Assembly (NCBI GenBank): GCA_027492205.1
Contig: JAOZFN010000014.1
Location: 1-64,000, forward strand
DNA length: 64,000 bases
Direction: 5' to 3'
Source of the DNA: Thermoproteota archaeon
GTDB taxonomy: Archaea > Korarchaeota > Korarchaeia > Korarchaeales > Korarchaeaceae
In this document: piece by piece, positions 29,130 through 37,974 of the stretch
Position numbering within the stretch: position 1 is the stretch's first letter
Layout: the number at the start of each line of letters is the position of its first letter
The notes under the pieces: model-generated
Told to the model about the DNA's origin: nothing
Database searches by the model: none
The model's input: only the letters and a program-made list of their open reading frames with translations
Program-made: the position numbers and the translations under genes

Positions 29130-29220
29130 ATCTCTCCGGCAGACTGGCGGCCGCCCGCATTATAATTAATGGGGGGCAGTCTCGGGCGAGCCCAGCCCCC
29201 TCGGATCAAGCACTCACGGG

Positions 29221-29550
29221 GTGTCTACGGTGATCTCCCTGGACGTGGACCCGAGCGCGTGGAGCCCGGCTGGCGGGGCGGTCGTTGACCTGAGTGGCGA
29301 CTTGCTCACGCCTGCGGACGGGCCTGAACGTCGACCCATCCCGGCCAGCGCCCTGGTCACCCAGGCGAGGTCGTCTACAGGCCGCGCTACTGGTGCCGCG
29401 ACCCCCTTGAGGTGCGGATCGACGACCCAGGATCCAGACCCTGGAGACCCCACCGTCGCCCACGTGGGCCGCCCCAACCTGGAGGACCCTCAGACGTCGT
29501 CAAGGAGGGTGGATGGATCCGGCTTCCCGGTACTGACCTACGAGGTGCGG
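29221..29550 (+). pseudogene. Collapsed relic copy of the surface-protein gene at 42.1-44.5 kb
   Basis: The 5' part matches about 42345-42445 at protein level. 29352-29550 matches 43793-43995 at DNA level (e.g. gaggtcgtctacaggccgc, acgtgggccgccccaacctggaggaccc). Confidence 0.8.
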
Positions 29551-29998
29551 GGGGTGTCCGGCAAGCTTCTGGGCAGGGCCGTGGAGACGATGTTCAAGGT
29601 CTCTCTGAGCCTCTTCCTCTACGAGGCGGAGTTCCTGCTCTTCGTGCACTTGCTAGCCGAGTCCTTCAGCCCCGGGTGGACGATTAAGCATATCTCCTTC
29701 TCCTGGGTCTCTACTTACCCACCGACCTCTGCATCCTCCCCGCCCTGACGCCGACCCTGGAGGCCGTGGCGGGGACCTACCTGCTGCTGTGGGCGCTGAC
29801 CCCCCTCAAGCAGGTCTCCATCAGGTGCGCAGAGTTCCTGACGGTCTCGCCCGTCGCGAGGTTCGCGATCGGAATCGCGCCCCTCTTTTCGGCCGCGGGC
29901 CTGATACCCGCGTTAGCCGAGTTCCCCGGTGTATTCTCATCACACTCGGGGCAGGCCTCGGACCTCTGCTCTGAGTGATCGACCTCCGGGAGTGTTAC

Positions 29999-30286
29999 TC
30001 ACCACCCCATGAGTTCCTCCCAGCTTCCCGGTATGAATCCCCTCTCTGTCGCCCGCCTCGCCGCGACTATCGCCCACTTCGGCGGCCTCCTCTCCCCCCT
30101 GCCCACCCTCAGCCCACACCCTGAGCAGTAGTCCGGCCCCACCATCCTGCCGAGCACCCTGTGCACGCCTAGGGAGCAGTGACCCTTGGGGCCGCCCTCT
30201 CCTTCAGCGCCACGGGCGAAGACTTGGAACCAGCGACAGTCCACGAGAGACCCCTTAGCTGGGAGGCTCGTCGCCATGCGACTCAC
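29999..30286 (-). CDS. Small Cys-containing hypothetical protein
   Basis: C...C...CSGC pattern; divergent from the AEP gene; function not recognised. Confidence 0.4.
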   Translation of the reverse strand: MSRMATSLPAKGSLVDCRWFQVFARGAEGEGGPKGHCSLGVHRVLGRMVGPDYCSGCGLRVGRGERRPPKWAIVAARRATERGFIPGSWEELMGW

Positions 30287-30409
30287 CCCCGCCGAGGGAT
30301 TTCAGGGAGGGCCCCGCGCCCATTTAACCTTGCCGCCTCGGAGAACGTTTATCCGCCTCCGCGGGTGAGTGGGCTGGGCTGAGCCCGGGGGGCGGTCGAG
30401 AGGCCGGGG

Positions 30410-31285
30410 CTGGGAGTTGAGTTCATCGCGTCCCACTACTCGAACCCGAGAGTAGGGCGCACGATCGTCGACTTCTGCTGCGGCAGGTGGACGGCCGCCT
30501 GGCTCACAGACGGCAGGGTGGTGAGGTGGCTGGGCGGAAAGCCGCTTACCGTGGGCTTCGAGGGGGACCTAGGCCTCCTGACCTCCGGCCGCCTGGGCGC
30601 CCCGGTCAGGAGCCTCTACTCGACGGCGGAGCGGTACGCCCGACTCCGCGGTGAGGAGGACGTCTTTGACAGGGACAATGTCGTCGAGGCGACCGCGTTC
30701 TGGGACATCGACAACGACCCCGGGAGGTGGAGGGCGACCGTCGAGGCGGCCAGGGTCGTCGTGGATGCGCTCGAGTCGCTCGGGATTGTGAAATCAGTCT
30801 ACGTGATGTGGAGCGGAAGGGGAATGCACGTCAGGGTTCACGAGGGGGCGGTCTCCGCGGATGTCAGGCGGAGGGTGGGCGCCCTCGACGCGGCCTGGGC
30901 GCTCGTCGAGGACGTCAGGCTCAGGGTCGAGGGGAGGGTCGCGGAGCTGAGGTCGGAGTTCGAGGCGCCCAAGCTGAGGGTGGAAAACGAGGTCAGGCCC
31001 AGGGGCCTCTTCTCCGTCCCCCTGAGCCTGCACAGGAGCGTCAACGCGGTGGTCGTTTGCCTGAGCCCCGACGACTTGGACGACTTCGACCCGTCCTGGT
31101 CGGACCCGCAGAACTTCAGGTCCGCGGACTCGTGGAGGACGTTCGAGCCGGGAGAGGCCGACCAGGCCGTCCTCAGGGCGATCGAGGTGCACGGGGGATA
31201 CCCCAGCCCGCGGACCCGGGCCAGGCGGAGGAAGGAACCTCCGGTGGATGAGATGATAAGGAGGTGGCTGGATGAGGGGCCCTGA
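30410..31285 (+). CDS. Archaeo-eukaryotic primase (AEP) superfamily primase-polymerase-like protein
   Basis: Motif I FWDIDND, motif II WSGRGMHV, then FSVPLSLH. The frame is open upstream to CTG 30410 (ASHYSNPRV...). Confidence 0.75.
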   Translation: MGVEFIASHYSNPRVGRTIVDFCCGRWTAAWLTDGRVVRWLGGKPLTVGFEGDLGLLTSGRLGAPVRSLYSTAERYARLRGEEDVFDRDNVVEATAFWDIDNDPGRWRATVEAARVVVDALESLGIVKSVYVMWSGRGMHVRVHEGAVSADVRRRVGALDAAWALVEDVRLRVEGRVAELRSEFEAPKLRVENEVRPRGLFSVPLSLHRSVNAVVVCLSPDDLDDFDPSWSDPQNFRSADSWRTFEPGEADQAVLRAIEVHGGYPSPRTRARRRKEPPVDEMIRRWLDEGP

Positions 31286-31322
31286 CGGACGCTGAGGGAA
31301 ACCGGCCCCCGCCGCCGGGCAC

Positions 31323-31700
31323 GTGGGAGGCGTTGACTTGCCGGACCTTAGCGACGAGGAGAAGGCGAGGGTCGTCGAGCTGATACTCGCTGGGAGGGCT
31401 GAGGAGGCCCTCAGGATTGTGTGCGAGGCGCACGGCAGGTCCCCTCCCAGGGTAAGGGTGGGGAGGGTGAGGGGTCATTCCAGCTCCCTGGCCGTCTACG
31501 ACCCCAAGTCCGAGACCATATTCCTCTCAGACGGGAGTCTCTTCAGAGACCCCTTCGTCCTGCTCCACGAGCTCTATCATCACCTGAGGATGTTCGCAGG
31601 CAAGCACAGGGGCACAGAGAAGCACGCCGACAGGTTCGCCCGCGGGTTCGTTGAGGCCTACGCCAGGCTTAGGCGACGCGACGGAAAAACATTTGACTAG
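31323..31700 (+). CDS. Small HExxH zincin (SprT/M48-like)
   Basis: AVYDPKSETIFL...VLLHELYHH...TEKHADRFA. Confidence 0.7.
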   Translation: MGGVDLPDLSDEEKARVVELILAGRAEEALRIVCEAHGRSPPRVRVGRVRGHSSSLAVYDPKSETIFLSDGSLFRDPFVLLHELYHHLRMFAGKHRGTEKHADRFARGFVEAYARLRRRDGKTFD

Positions 31701-31770
31701 AGCCAACTGTAACGGCGTAATGAGAACTTTTTATCTGGGGTGTGGAATCCACTGACTGGAGGAGAATTAG

Positions 31771-34700
31771 CTGAAGAGTTGGGTCATCCCCTTTCTAATC
31801 CTCCTCTCGTCGGCAGTCACTCCCCTGACGGCCCAGGGGGCGTATCTCGTCGGGGAGCCGGTCCGACTCGTCGTCACCGTAGAAAACCCGACGGAGGCGA
31901 CGCTGAGCTATGTGGCCACCCTGAGCGTCAACGGCACGGTCGTGAATCAAAGCAGAGTGACGGCCGAGCCCGACACCTCAGCCTCGGTTGAGCTGTCCTG
32001 GACGCCTGGTGCGCCGGGAACCTACGAGCTGAGGGTTGAGGTGAATGACGAGTCCGGCGAGCTCGTGAAGGTCGAGACGTACGTGATAGAGGTCGCGGTG
32101 CCCCCCCTCCCCGACCTGACCCTTGTGGATCTGCGGGTGCAGCCCAGCGAGTTCGGACCAGGCGACGCGGTCACGGTGTACGTTACCGTGGCCAACGTGG
32201 GAGACGCCGAGTCTCCGTCTGCCCCCATAGCCGTCACGGAAGAGCCGACTGGGAGGGTCGTCTACTTCGGGGAGGTTGAACCGCTGCCGCCGGGAGGGGA
32301 GGAGGTTCTCTCATTCGACTATCAGGTTCCTGGGGAGGAGGGCGAGTACTCGCTGGTGGTGAACCTCGATCCGGAGAATGAGATCGAGGAGAGTGACGAA
32401 GACAACTCGTTTGGGTTTGAGTTCCCCGTGTCTCCAGCCGAGACCGAGGCCCCCCTACCTCCCCCGACTGAGACCGAGGCCCCAACCCAGCCTCCAACCA
32501 GCCCGACCGCGCCGACCGAGACGGGGCGCCCACCTGCCGAGGAGGAGGGTGAGGTCCCCACGGCAGTCCTGGTGGTTGGGGCAGCCATAGCCGGCGCGGT
32601 GGCGTCCTACCTGGCTTGGAGGTCCTTCTACTTCCCGACAGGGCCAGGAGAGGCGCCTGCCGCGCGCTGCTGCCTGGACTGGAACGTGAGGCCCGGGGGG
32701 ACTATCTTGAAGACCGTGAAGCCCGTCCTTAGGTATGTGGAGGCTACTGAGGGCGGGCGCGGGGGGGAGACGCTGTACGTAAAGGCGCTCTTCGCTCCGA
32801 TAGGCGGGTACCTTCCCCTGGTGGCTAAGTGCGTCAACGTGGACTGGGTAGATGCCAGGGGAATTCTGAAGGGCTGTGAAGGCGGCTCCGGCGGGGAGGC
32901 TGGGGCAGTCCACGTGCCCATTCCGGAGAACGTCTCTTTCAGGTGGGAGATCTTGAGCGGTCCCGGCTACCTGCTCTCCACCCCCCCGCTATCTCACTCA
33001 CACTCGTCCGTGGCGGAGGGCCCAGCCGCGATCTACGTGGCCCCGCCGTTCGTGATGGAGGATCCCGGCAGGCGCATACGGGAGAGGATAAGGGAGGGAA
33101 GGGAGGCTCTCATCCGCCTGACCGTGGACGACCCGGAGGGTCAGCTGAAGGGACTCGACTCCCCCATCGAGGAGAGGCACTTCAGGATAGTCCTGGTGGG
33201 GCAGGGCCTCGCGCTGCGAGACCCGACCCTCAACGAGCCCCTGGACGAGTCTGACCTAGGCAGGTGGGCCGACTACTCAGAGGTTGGGGACGCCATCTCG
33301 CTCGACGAGTTCGACTGGATCAGGCCGGGGCGCACACCAGAACCTAGCTCCGGGGAGGTGAAGCGCATCGAGGCTCGGCTGGAGGAGGTTCGGAGGCGCA
33401 GGAGGGCGGAGGAGGAGGCCCTGAGGCAGAGAGAGGGGCTGCTCCGGGAGAAGAGGAGGGCGCTGGAGAGGGCCGAGAGGGAGCTCAGGAGGATGAACTC
33501 GGAGCTAGGGCGGGTGGAGGGGCAGCTGGAGGATCCGTGGAGGGCCTGGCGGGGCGCCAGGGGGGAGGCCCGCAGGCGCGTGGAGGGGAGGTACAAGCCC
33601 GAGATAGAGGAGCTCAGGAGGAAGAGGAGGGAGCTCTGGAGGTCGCACCTCGAGGAGGTTCGCAGGGCGAGGGAGGAGGGGAGGAGCGACGAGTACGTCA
33701 CGGAGCTCAACAGGAGGTTCGGAGAGCAGTCGGCTGAGATTGACCGAGAGATTGGAGGGCTGCTGCGGAGGATGGTGAGCGAGATAGGGGAGGCGCAGAG
33801 GGAGATCGGCCTTCCCTCCCAGCCAGGTCCCGGACTCGAGCGGCATCTAGAGTCGCTGAGGCGGAGGAGGGAGGAGCTGGCGAGGGCCCTCGACGGGAAG
33901 AGGAGGGAGGTTGAGGCCCTCAGGAGGGAGGTCGAGGAGCTCGAGGGGGCCGTAGAGGACCTCAGGGGGAGGGTCGAGGATCTCAGGTCGGAGGAGGAGG
34001 GTTGGCGCTCCTCCCTGGAGTCCGCCAAGGCGAGGGCTGGGGCCGAGGAGGAGTGCGGGCCGGCATTCGGGTGGGAGGACGCCAAGTCCATCGAGGGGGA
34101 GCTGCTGACGCCCCTCAGGTTGTACGACCGAGATTCGCTCGACTCGGAGTCTCCAACTCCGGAGAGATGTCAGATCGAGGTGAGGCCGAGGGAGATATTG
34201 ATACTGAGGGCCAGGGCTGAGGACGTGGACCGGCTGAGGCTGTGGATAGAGGACGGTCAGTCAGTCGAGTTGGAGGTCAAGGACTGGCTCAGGTTTGAGT
34301 GGTCTTCGAGGTGGGTGGACGGCGGCAGGCACGGCGTGGGGCCAGGGAAGTTCTTGGTGACGAGGGAGGGCGAGACCGTGATATTCCTGGCCCCGGAGGA
34401 GGAGGGAGACGTCGAGATAACCTGCGAGATATACGACAGCGGTATTCAGCATAGAGACGGCAGGCTGGAGAGGAGCACGAAGCTCCGGGTGAGGGGCCCA
34501 GACCCCCTGTCGTCCATCGAGGAGGGGCTGAAAGAGCTGGAGAAGATCATTCACCGGCCCAGCGAGGGGGAGTGGGAGAGACCCGACTACGACCGCAGGC
34601 CCAGCGAGAGGCTGGGGGATTTGGAGAGGTGGATGGTAATCGACGCCCGCACAACCAGGCACTGTCTCGAGCAGGTGACCGAGGAGTGCTCGTACAACCT

Positions 34701-35484
34701 GAGGGTGCTCTGGTGGTCAGACCTCCTCTGGAACGTCGGGAACGCCTTGCTTGCCGTCGCGTCGATAGGGGCGGCCATAGCCACCACCGCAAGCGCGGTC
34801 GGAAGGGTCGCCGCGGCCCCGAAGCTTCGAGACGTCATATTCACCTGGCTGTCGACCTCGGCCGGCGCCGCCTCCACCGCAACCGCGCTCGTCCCCTACA
34901 GGTGGGACCTCTCCACGCTTCAGGGGAAGTTGACCAAGGGCGCCATCTCTGCCTATCGTGATTGGGTAAAGGGCCTTGGAGAGAAGGCGAGGTGGCTTGG
35001 CCCGGCCGTACCAGCTGAGGAGCTCGAGGCCCCTCCATGCGAGCCCAGAGTGAGATCGCTCGAGAGGGAAGTTCACGGGGCCCTCAGAGTCGCGAAGGGG
35101 ACCGCACAATCCATCTGGAACACTTACGTTGACACCACTCAGAAGATCACGAGGGGGATTAATGAGGCTTTAGACCGCGCCTCGAAGGTTGAGGCGTCGT
35201 GCGTCTTGGTCCGCCACTTCGTCCAGAACCTCGTCTTCCTGCTGAGCCTGATTCGACCCCCAAGCGAACTCCTCTCGCGCCTGAGGAGGCTGCTCGAGGG
35301 CGCCGAGTGGGACAGCCTGAGGGAGGCGCTGTCACCCCTCGCCCGGATAATCTCTCAGGAGAGGGAATCTCTCACGATCTCAGGCCTCATAGACGTCCTG
35401 ACGGAGGCCAAGGGTATCTTCGACGAAGAGCTGCGTCGTCAGGAGGACATATTTCTCGGCCTGGAGAGGCTCGGGGTCCGCTAA
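31771..35484 (+). CDS. Large membrane-anchored protein: CARDB/Ig ectodomain, TM helix, two beta domains flanking a long coiled coil, hydrophobic C-terminal region
   Basis: CTG start at 31771 after GGAGGA gives signal peptide MKSWVIPFLILLSSAVTPLTAQ. CARDB signature LPDL...VANVG...DPENEIEESDEDN, P/T linker, TM AVLVVGAAIAGAVASYLAW. Confidence 0.8.
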   Translation: MKSWVIPFLILLSSAVTPLTAQGAYLVGEPVRLVVTVENPTEATLSYVATLSVNGTVVNQSRVTAEPDTSASVELSWTPGAPGTYELRVEVNDESGELVKVETYVIEVAVPPLPDLTLVDLRVQPSEFGPGDAVTVYVTVANVGDAESPSAPIAVTEEPTGRVVYFGEVEPLPPGGEEVLSFDYQVPGEEGEYSLVVNLDPENEIEESDEDNSFGFEFPVSPAETEAPLPPPTETEAPTQPPTSPTAPTETGRPPAEEEGEVPTAVLVVGAAIAGAVASYLAWRSFYFPTGPGEAPAARCCLDWNVRPGGTILKTVKPVLRYVEATEGGRGGETLYVKALFAPIGGYLPLVAKCVNVDWVDARGILKGCEGGSGGEAGAVHVPIPENVSFRWEILSGPGYLLSTPPLSHSHSSVAEGPAAIYVAPPFVMEDPGRRIRERIREGREALIRLTVDDPEGQLKGLDSPIEERHFRIVLVGQGLALRDPTLNEPLDESDLGRWADYSEVGDAISLDEFDWIRPGRTPEPSSGEVKRIEARLEEVRRRRRAEEEALRQREGLLREKRRALERAERELRRMNSELGRVEGQLEDPWRAWRGARGEARRRVEGRYKPEIEELRRKRRELWRSHLEEVRRAREEGRSDEYVTELNRRFGEQSAEIDREIGGLLRRMVSEIGEAQREIGLPSQPGPGLERHLESLRRRREELARALDGKRREVEALRREVEELEGAVEDLRGRVEDLRSEEEGWRSSLESAKARAGAEEECGPAFGWEDAKSIEGELLTPLRLYDRDSLDSESPTPERCQIEVRPREILILRARAEDVDRLRLWIEDGQSVELEVKDWLRFEWSSRWVDGGRHGVGPGKFLVTREGETVIFLAPEEEGDVEITCEIYDSGIQHRDGRLERSTKLRVRGPDPLSSIEEGLKELEKIIHRPSEGEWERPDYDRRPSERLGDLERWMVIDARTTRHCLEQVTEECSYNLRVLWWSDLLWNVGNALLAVASIGAAIATTASAVGRVAAAPKLRDVIFTWLSTSAGAASTATALVPYRWDLSTLQGKLTKGAISAYRDWVKGLGEKARWLGPAVPAEELEAPPCEPRVRSLEREVHGALRVAKGTAQSIWNTYVDTTQKITRGINEALDRASKVEASCVLVRHFVQNLVFLLSLIRPPSELLSRLRRLLEGAEWDSLREALSPLARIISQERESLTISGLIDVLTEAKGIFDEELRRQEDIFLGLERLGVR

Positions 35485-35594
35485 CTACAAGTTCTGAGAC
35501 GGCCTCGCGCGTCGCAGGCCGAGGGCCGGCCACCAAAATGCGCTAAATCCAAACGTCGATGGACTTCAGACCGCCTGCGCGATGGAGCCCGGGG

Positions 35595-35936
35595 TCACCT
35601 TACCCTCACCCTCCTCCTAACGAACCGGAGATACCACCTCTCTTCCTCAGGCGTGATAAGGTGAATTTCGAGCGGGGCGTGAAGGCCGACCTCGCTTTGA
35701 ATCTCTGACACGAGCTTGGACCTCTCGCTCAGCCTCCTCGGCGCTGAACCCGAGACTATCATCACATCGATGTCGCTGGAGGGAGTGTCTCTACCCTCGA
35801 CGATTGATCCGAAGACGTAGACCCTCACCTCCCCCAGGAGGCGCTCCGCCGCCTCCTTAACTGCCCTGGCCAACCTCATGTAGTCTCTCCTGCACCTCTC
35901 CTCCTCTCTAACGAGGTCTATGAGATGCTCAAACAT
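35595..35936 (-). CDS. Minimal nucleotidyltransferase (MNT)
   Basis: VYVFGSIVEGRDTPSSDIDV (GS-x10-DxD). Confidence 0.9.
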   Translation of the reverse strand: MFEHLIDLVREEERCRRDYMRLARAVKEAAERLLGEVRVYVFGSIVEGRDTPSSDIDVMIVSGSAPRRLSERSKLVSEIQSEVGLHAPLEIHLITPEEERWYLRFVRRRVRVR

Positions 35937-36312
35937 CTTTCCACCAGCCCGAATATGGCCAACGTGACTTCTCGGAGTTCTCGACCTCCTCCTTTAGGAA
36001 CTCGGCCGGAAGGTATCTGGAGGTCATGTAGGCATTCTCGAGGTTGGAGATCCTGTCTATGTTCTCCCTCAGGAACCTTAAGATGTCCTGGTCGTCCGTG
36101 ACTCTGGAGAGGAGCCTGAGCAGCCTCTTTATGGAGTGGGTTCTAGGGTAGTCCCCAGCCTTCCTGAATAGCGCGTACTTCAGGATTAGTTCTGCGGCCT
36201 GGTGGAAGTTAAAGGCCGCAAGGTCAAGCAGGCCCTCGTCTAGAAGCTTCCCTCCGACCTCTAAGAACTTTGCTGCCCTCTCTCTGAGAAACTCGCCTTC
36301 TTCCTTCCTCAT
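35929..36312 (-). CDS. HEPN domain protein (HEPN-MNT pair), probable frameshift near the 3' end
   Basis: AAFNFHQAAELILK, PRTHSI, AYMTSRY. Confidence 0.85.
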   Translation of the reverse strand: MRKEEGEFLRERAAKFLEVGGKLLDEGLLDLAAFNFHQAAELILKYALFRKAGDYPRTHSIKRLLRLLSRVTDDQDILRFLRENIDRISNLENAYMTSRYLPAEFLKEEVENSEKSRWPYSGWWKDV

Positions 36313-36523
36313 CTCAAGGACAAGGGGTTCTGCCTAAGTTTTATCCCTTTACATCGCGTTCACGAGCCGGACTGTGGGGGGAGGGTCTGCCCAGATGGCG
36401 CCGGGAGAACCTCAACGGGAAAAATCGCCCTGGGTGCGTCCGATGTATCTAATCTAGTAGGAAGACTGTCCCCTCCCAGGGGCACTCGAGTCAGATCGCT
36501 CAAGTGATGACATTGGTCCACTC

Positions 36524-36771
36524 TGAGGCCCGTGGGTCCACTGAAAGCCGAGTCAACCGCCAACGACGGCGCGGCCACGCCGAAGTATATTGGCGGCTTC
36601 GGCGAATCTCCTCCAGAAGGAGCCTCCTTCACCACCGATACGAAGAATGTAAACGGGAGTACGACTGGCGGGGCATCGAGCAGCGCCAGGACGAGGGCAG
36701 GCTCGTATCTAGAGACTGAAAGAAGGGCGCCACGAGCCTCGTGTTACGCCGTGCTCAGCCGGCCAACGCGC
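36524..36771 (-). pseudogene. Relic of the 3' half of the VIT1/CCC1 gene at 46.7-47.6 kb
   Basis: Translates ALVLALLDAPPVVLPFTFFVSVVKEAP/FWRRFAEAA/FGVAAPSLA, versus ALALALLDALLVILVFTFFVSVVREAPFWTRFAEAAAVSFGVAALSFA in the intact gene. Confidence 0.85.
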
Positions 36772-37127
36772 CCTCCCCCCTCTCCGGCGGACCGTATCAG
36801 ACGTCGTGGGTGTCTGAACCCCCCGGACCCCCTGGGTGCCTGAGGGACGTGGGGGAGGTACACGAGGTGGGGGCTGACGCCAGATGCGATGTTCGAGGGA
36901 TTGGGGGGGCGGGGGTTGACTGAACCCCAGACTCCCTCCGGCAGAGCCGCTCTGGGCGACCGCGTTGCGCGGCCTCAACCGGCCCGAGCGGAATCGGTCC
37001 GCGCAGGGAGGCGGGGCCCGGTCGCCGAGATCCCAACGGCGTCTCCGCGCCCCACCGGGTCGCCCCCTACCGCCCCCAGGTCTCGAATTCCCGGGAGGAC
37101 GCTCACCCCGGCACCAGGGCAAAGCTT

Positions 37128-37940
37128 ATGAGTCAGGAGGGTGAGATAGGCTATCCGATGGGGCGCAGGCGCTCAGGGAGGGCTAGGAAGCGCGGTGGGA
37201 GGGGCCCAGGCGCGAAGAGGGCCGCGCTGATCCTGTCAATCGCGATCGCCCTCTCGGCCACGATCTACGTGGCCCGCAGGCCGGCCGCCGGGGGTCTCGC
37301 TCCCGGGAGGAGGGCGGCCCTGATCGACGGCCTGAGCGTCGACTATCCGAACCCGGAGTTTGAGAGGGAGGCCGTCTCAATCCTGAGGGGGATGGGGTTC
37401 GAGGTCGACGTGTACAACGGCTCGGAGGTGACCGTGGACCTCTACAGGAGGCTGCCGGCGATGGGCTACGACCTCGTCATCCTGAGGGTCCACGCCGCCC
37501 CCATGGACTCCGGCGGGGGCGTCGCCCTATTCACGGCCGAGCCATGCGACAGGACCTCCTACCTGACTGAGAGGCTGGTGGGGTGGGTGAGGAACGCCAG
37601 GACCCTGGACGAGCGGAAGTGCTACCTGGCCGTGACCCCGGACTTCATAGTCGAGGGCACGGAGGGGGCCTTCGACGGGGCCGCGGTGGTGGTGTCCAGC
37701 TGCTTCGGGTCCATCGACGAGGTGACGGCCAGGGCCTTCTTCCTCCGGGGCGCCTCCACCTTCGTTGGGTGGGACGGGTACGTCGGCCCCGGGCACACCG
37801 ACCGGGCCATCCTGAGCCTGCTGAGCGCCCTGGCCTCAGGCTCGGACATCGAGGGGGCCGTGGGCCGGGCGATGTCGGAGGTTGGGGGGGACCCGGCCTA
37901 CAACTCGACCCTGAGGCTGATAACCAGGGGAGGGGGGTGA
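37128..37940 (+). CDS. Membrane-anchored protein with putative caspase/gingipain-like (clan CD) fold
   Basis: N-terminal basic stretch plus TM; LVILRVH...VVVSSC...AFFLRGASTFVGW. Confidence 0.6.
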   Translation: MSQEGEIGYPMGRRRSGRARKRGGRGPGAKRAALILSIAIALSATIYVARRPAAGGLAPGRRAALIDGLSVDYPNPEFEREAVSILRGMGFEVDVYNGSEVTVDLYRRLPAMGYDLVILRVHAAPMDSGGGVALFTAEPCDRTSYLTERLVGWVRNARTLDERKCYLAVTPDFIVEGTEGAFDGAAVVVSSCFGSIDEVTARAFFLRGASTFVGWDGYVGPGHTDRAILSLLSALASGSDIEGAVGRAMSEVGGDPAYNSTLRLITRGGG

Positions 37941-37974
37941 GGGGCCGGCCGGCCAGCTGGCCAGCCGGGCGGGC

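Noticed and set aside
29551-29978. Hydrophobic ORF fragments
   Set aside because: Possibly a decayed membrane-protein gene, but no family motif was recognisable.
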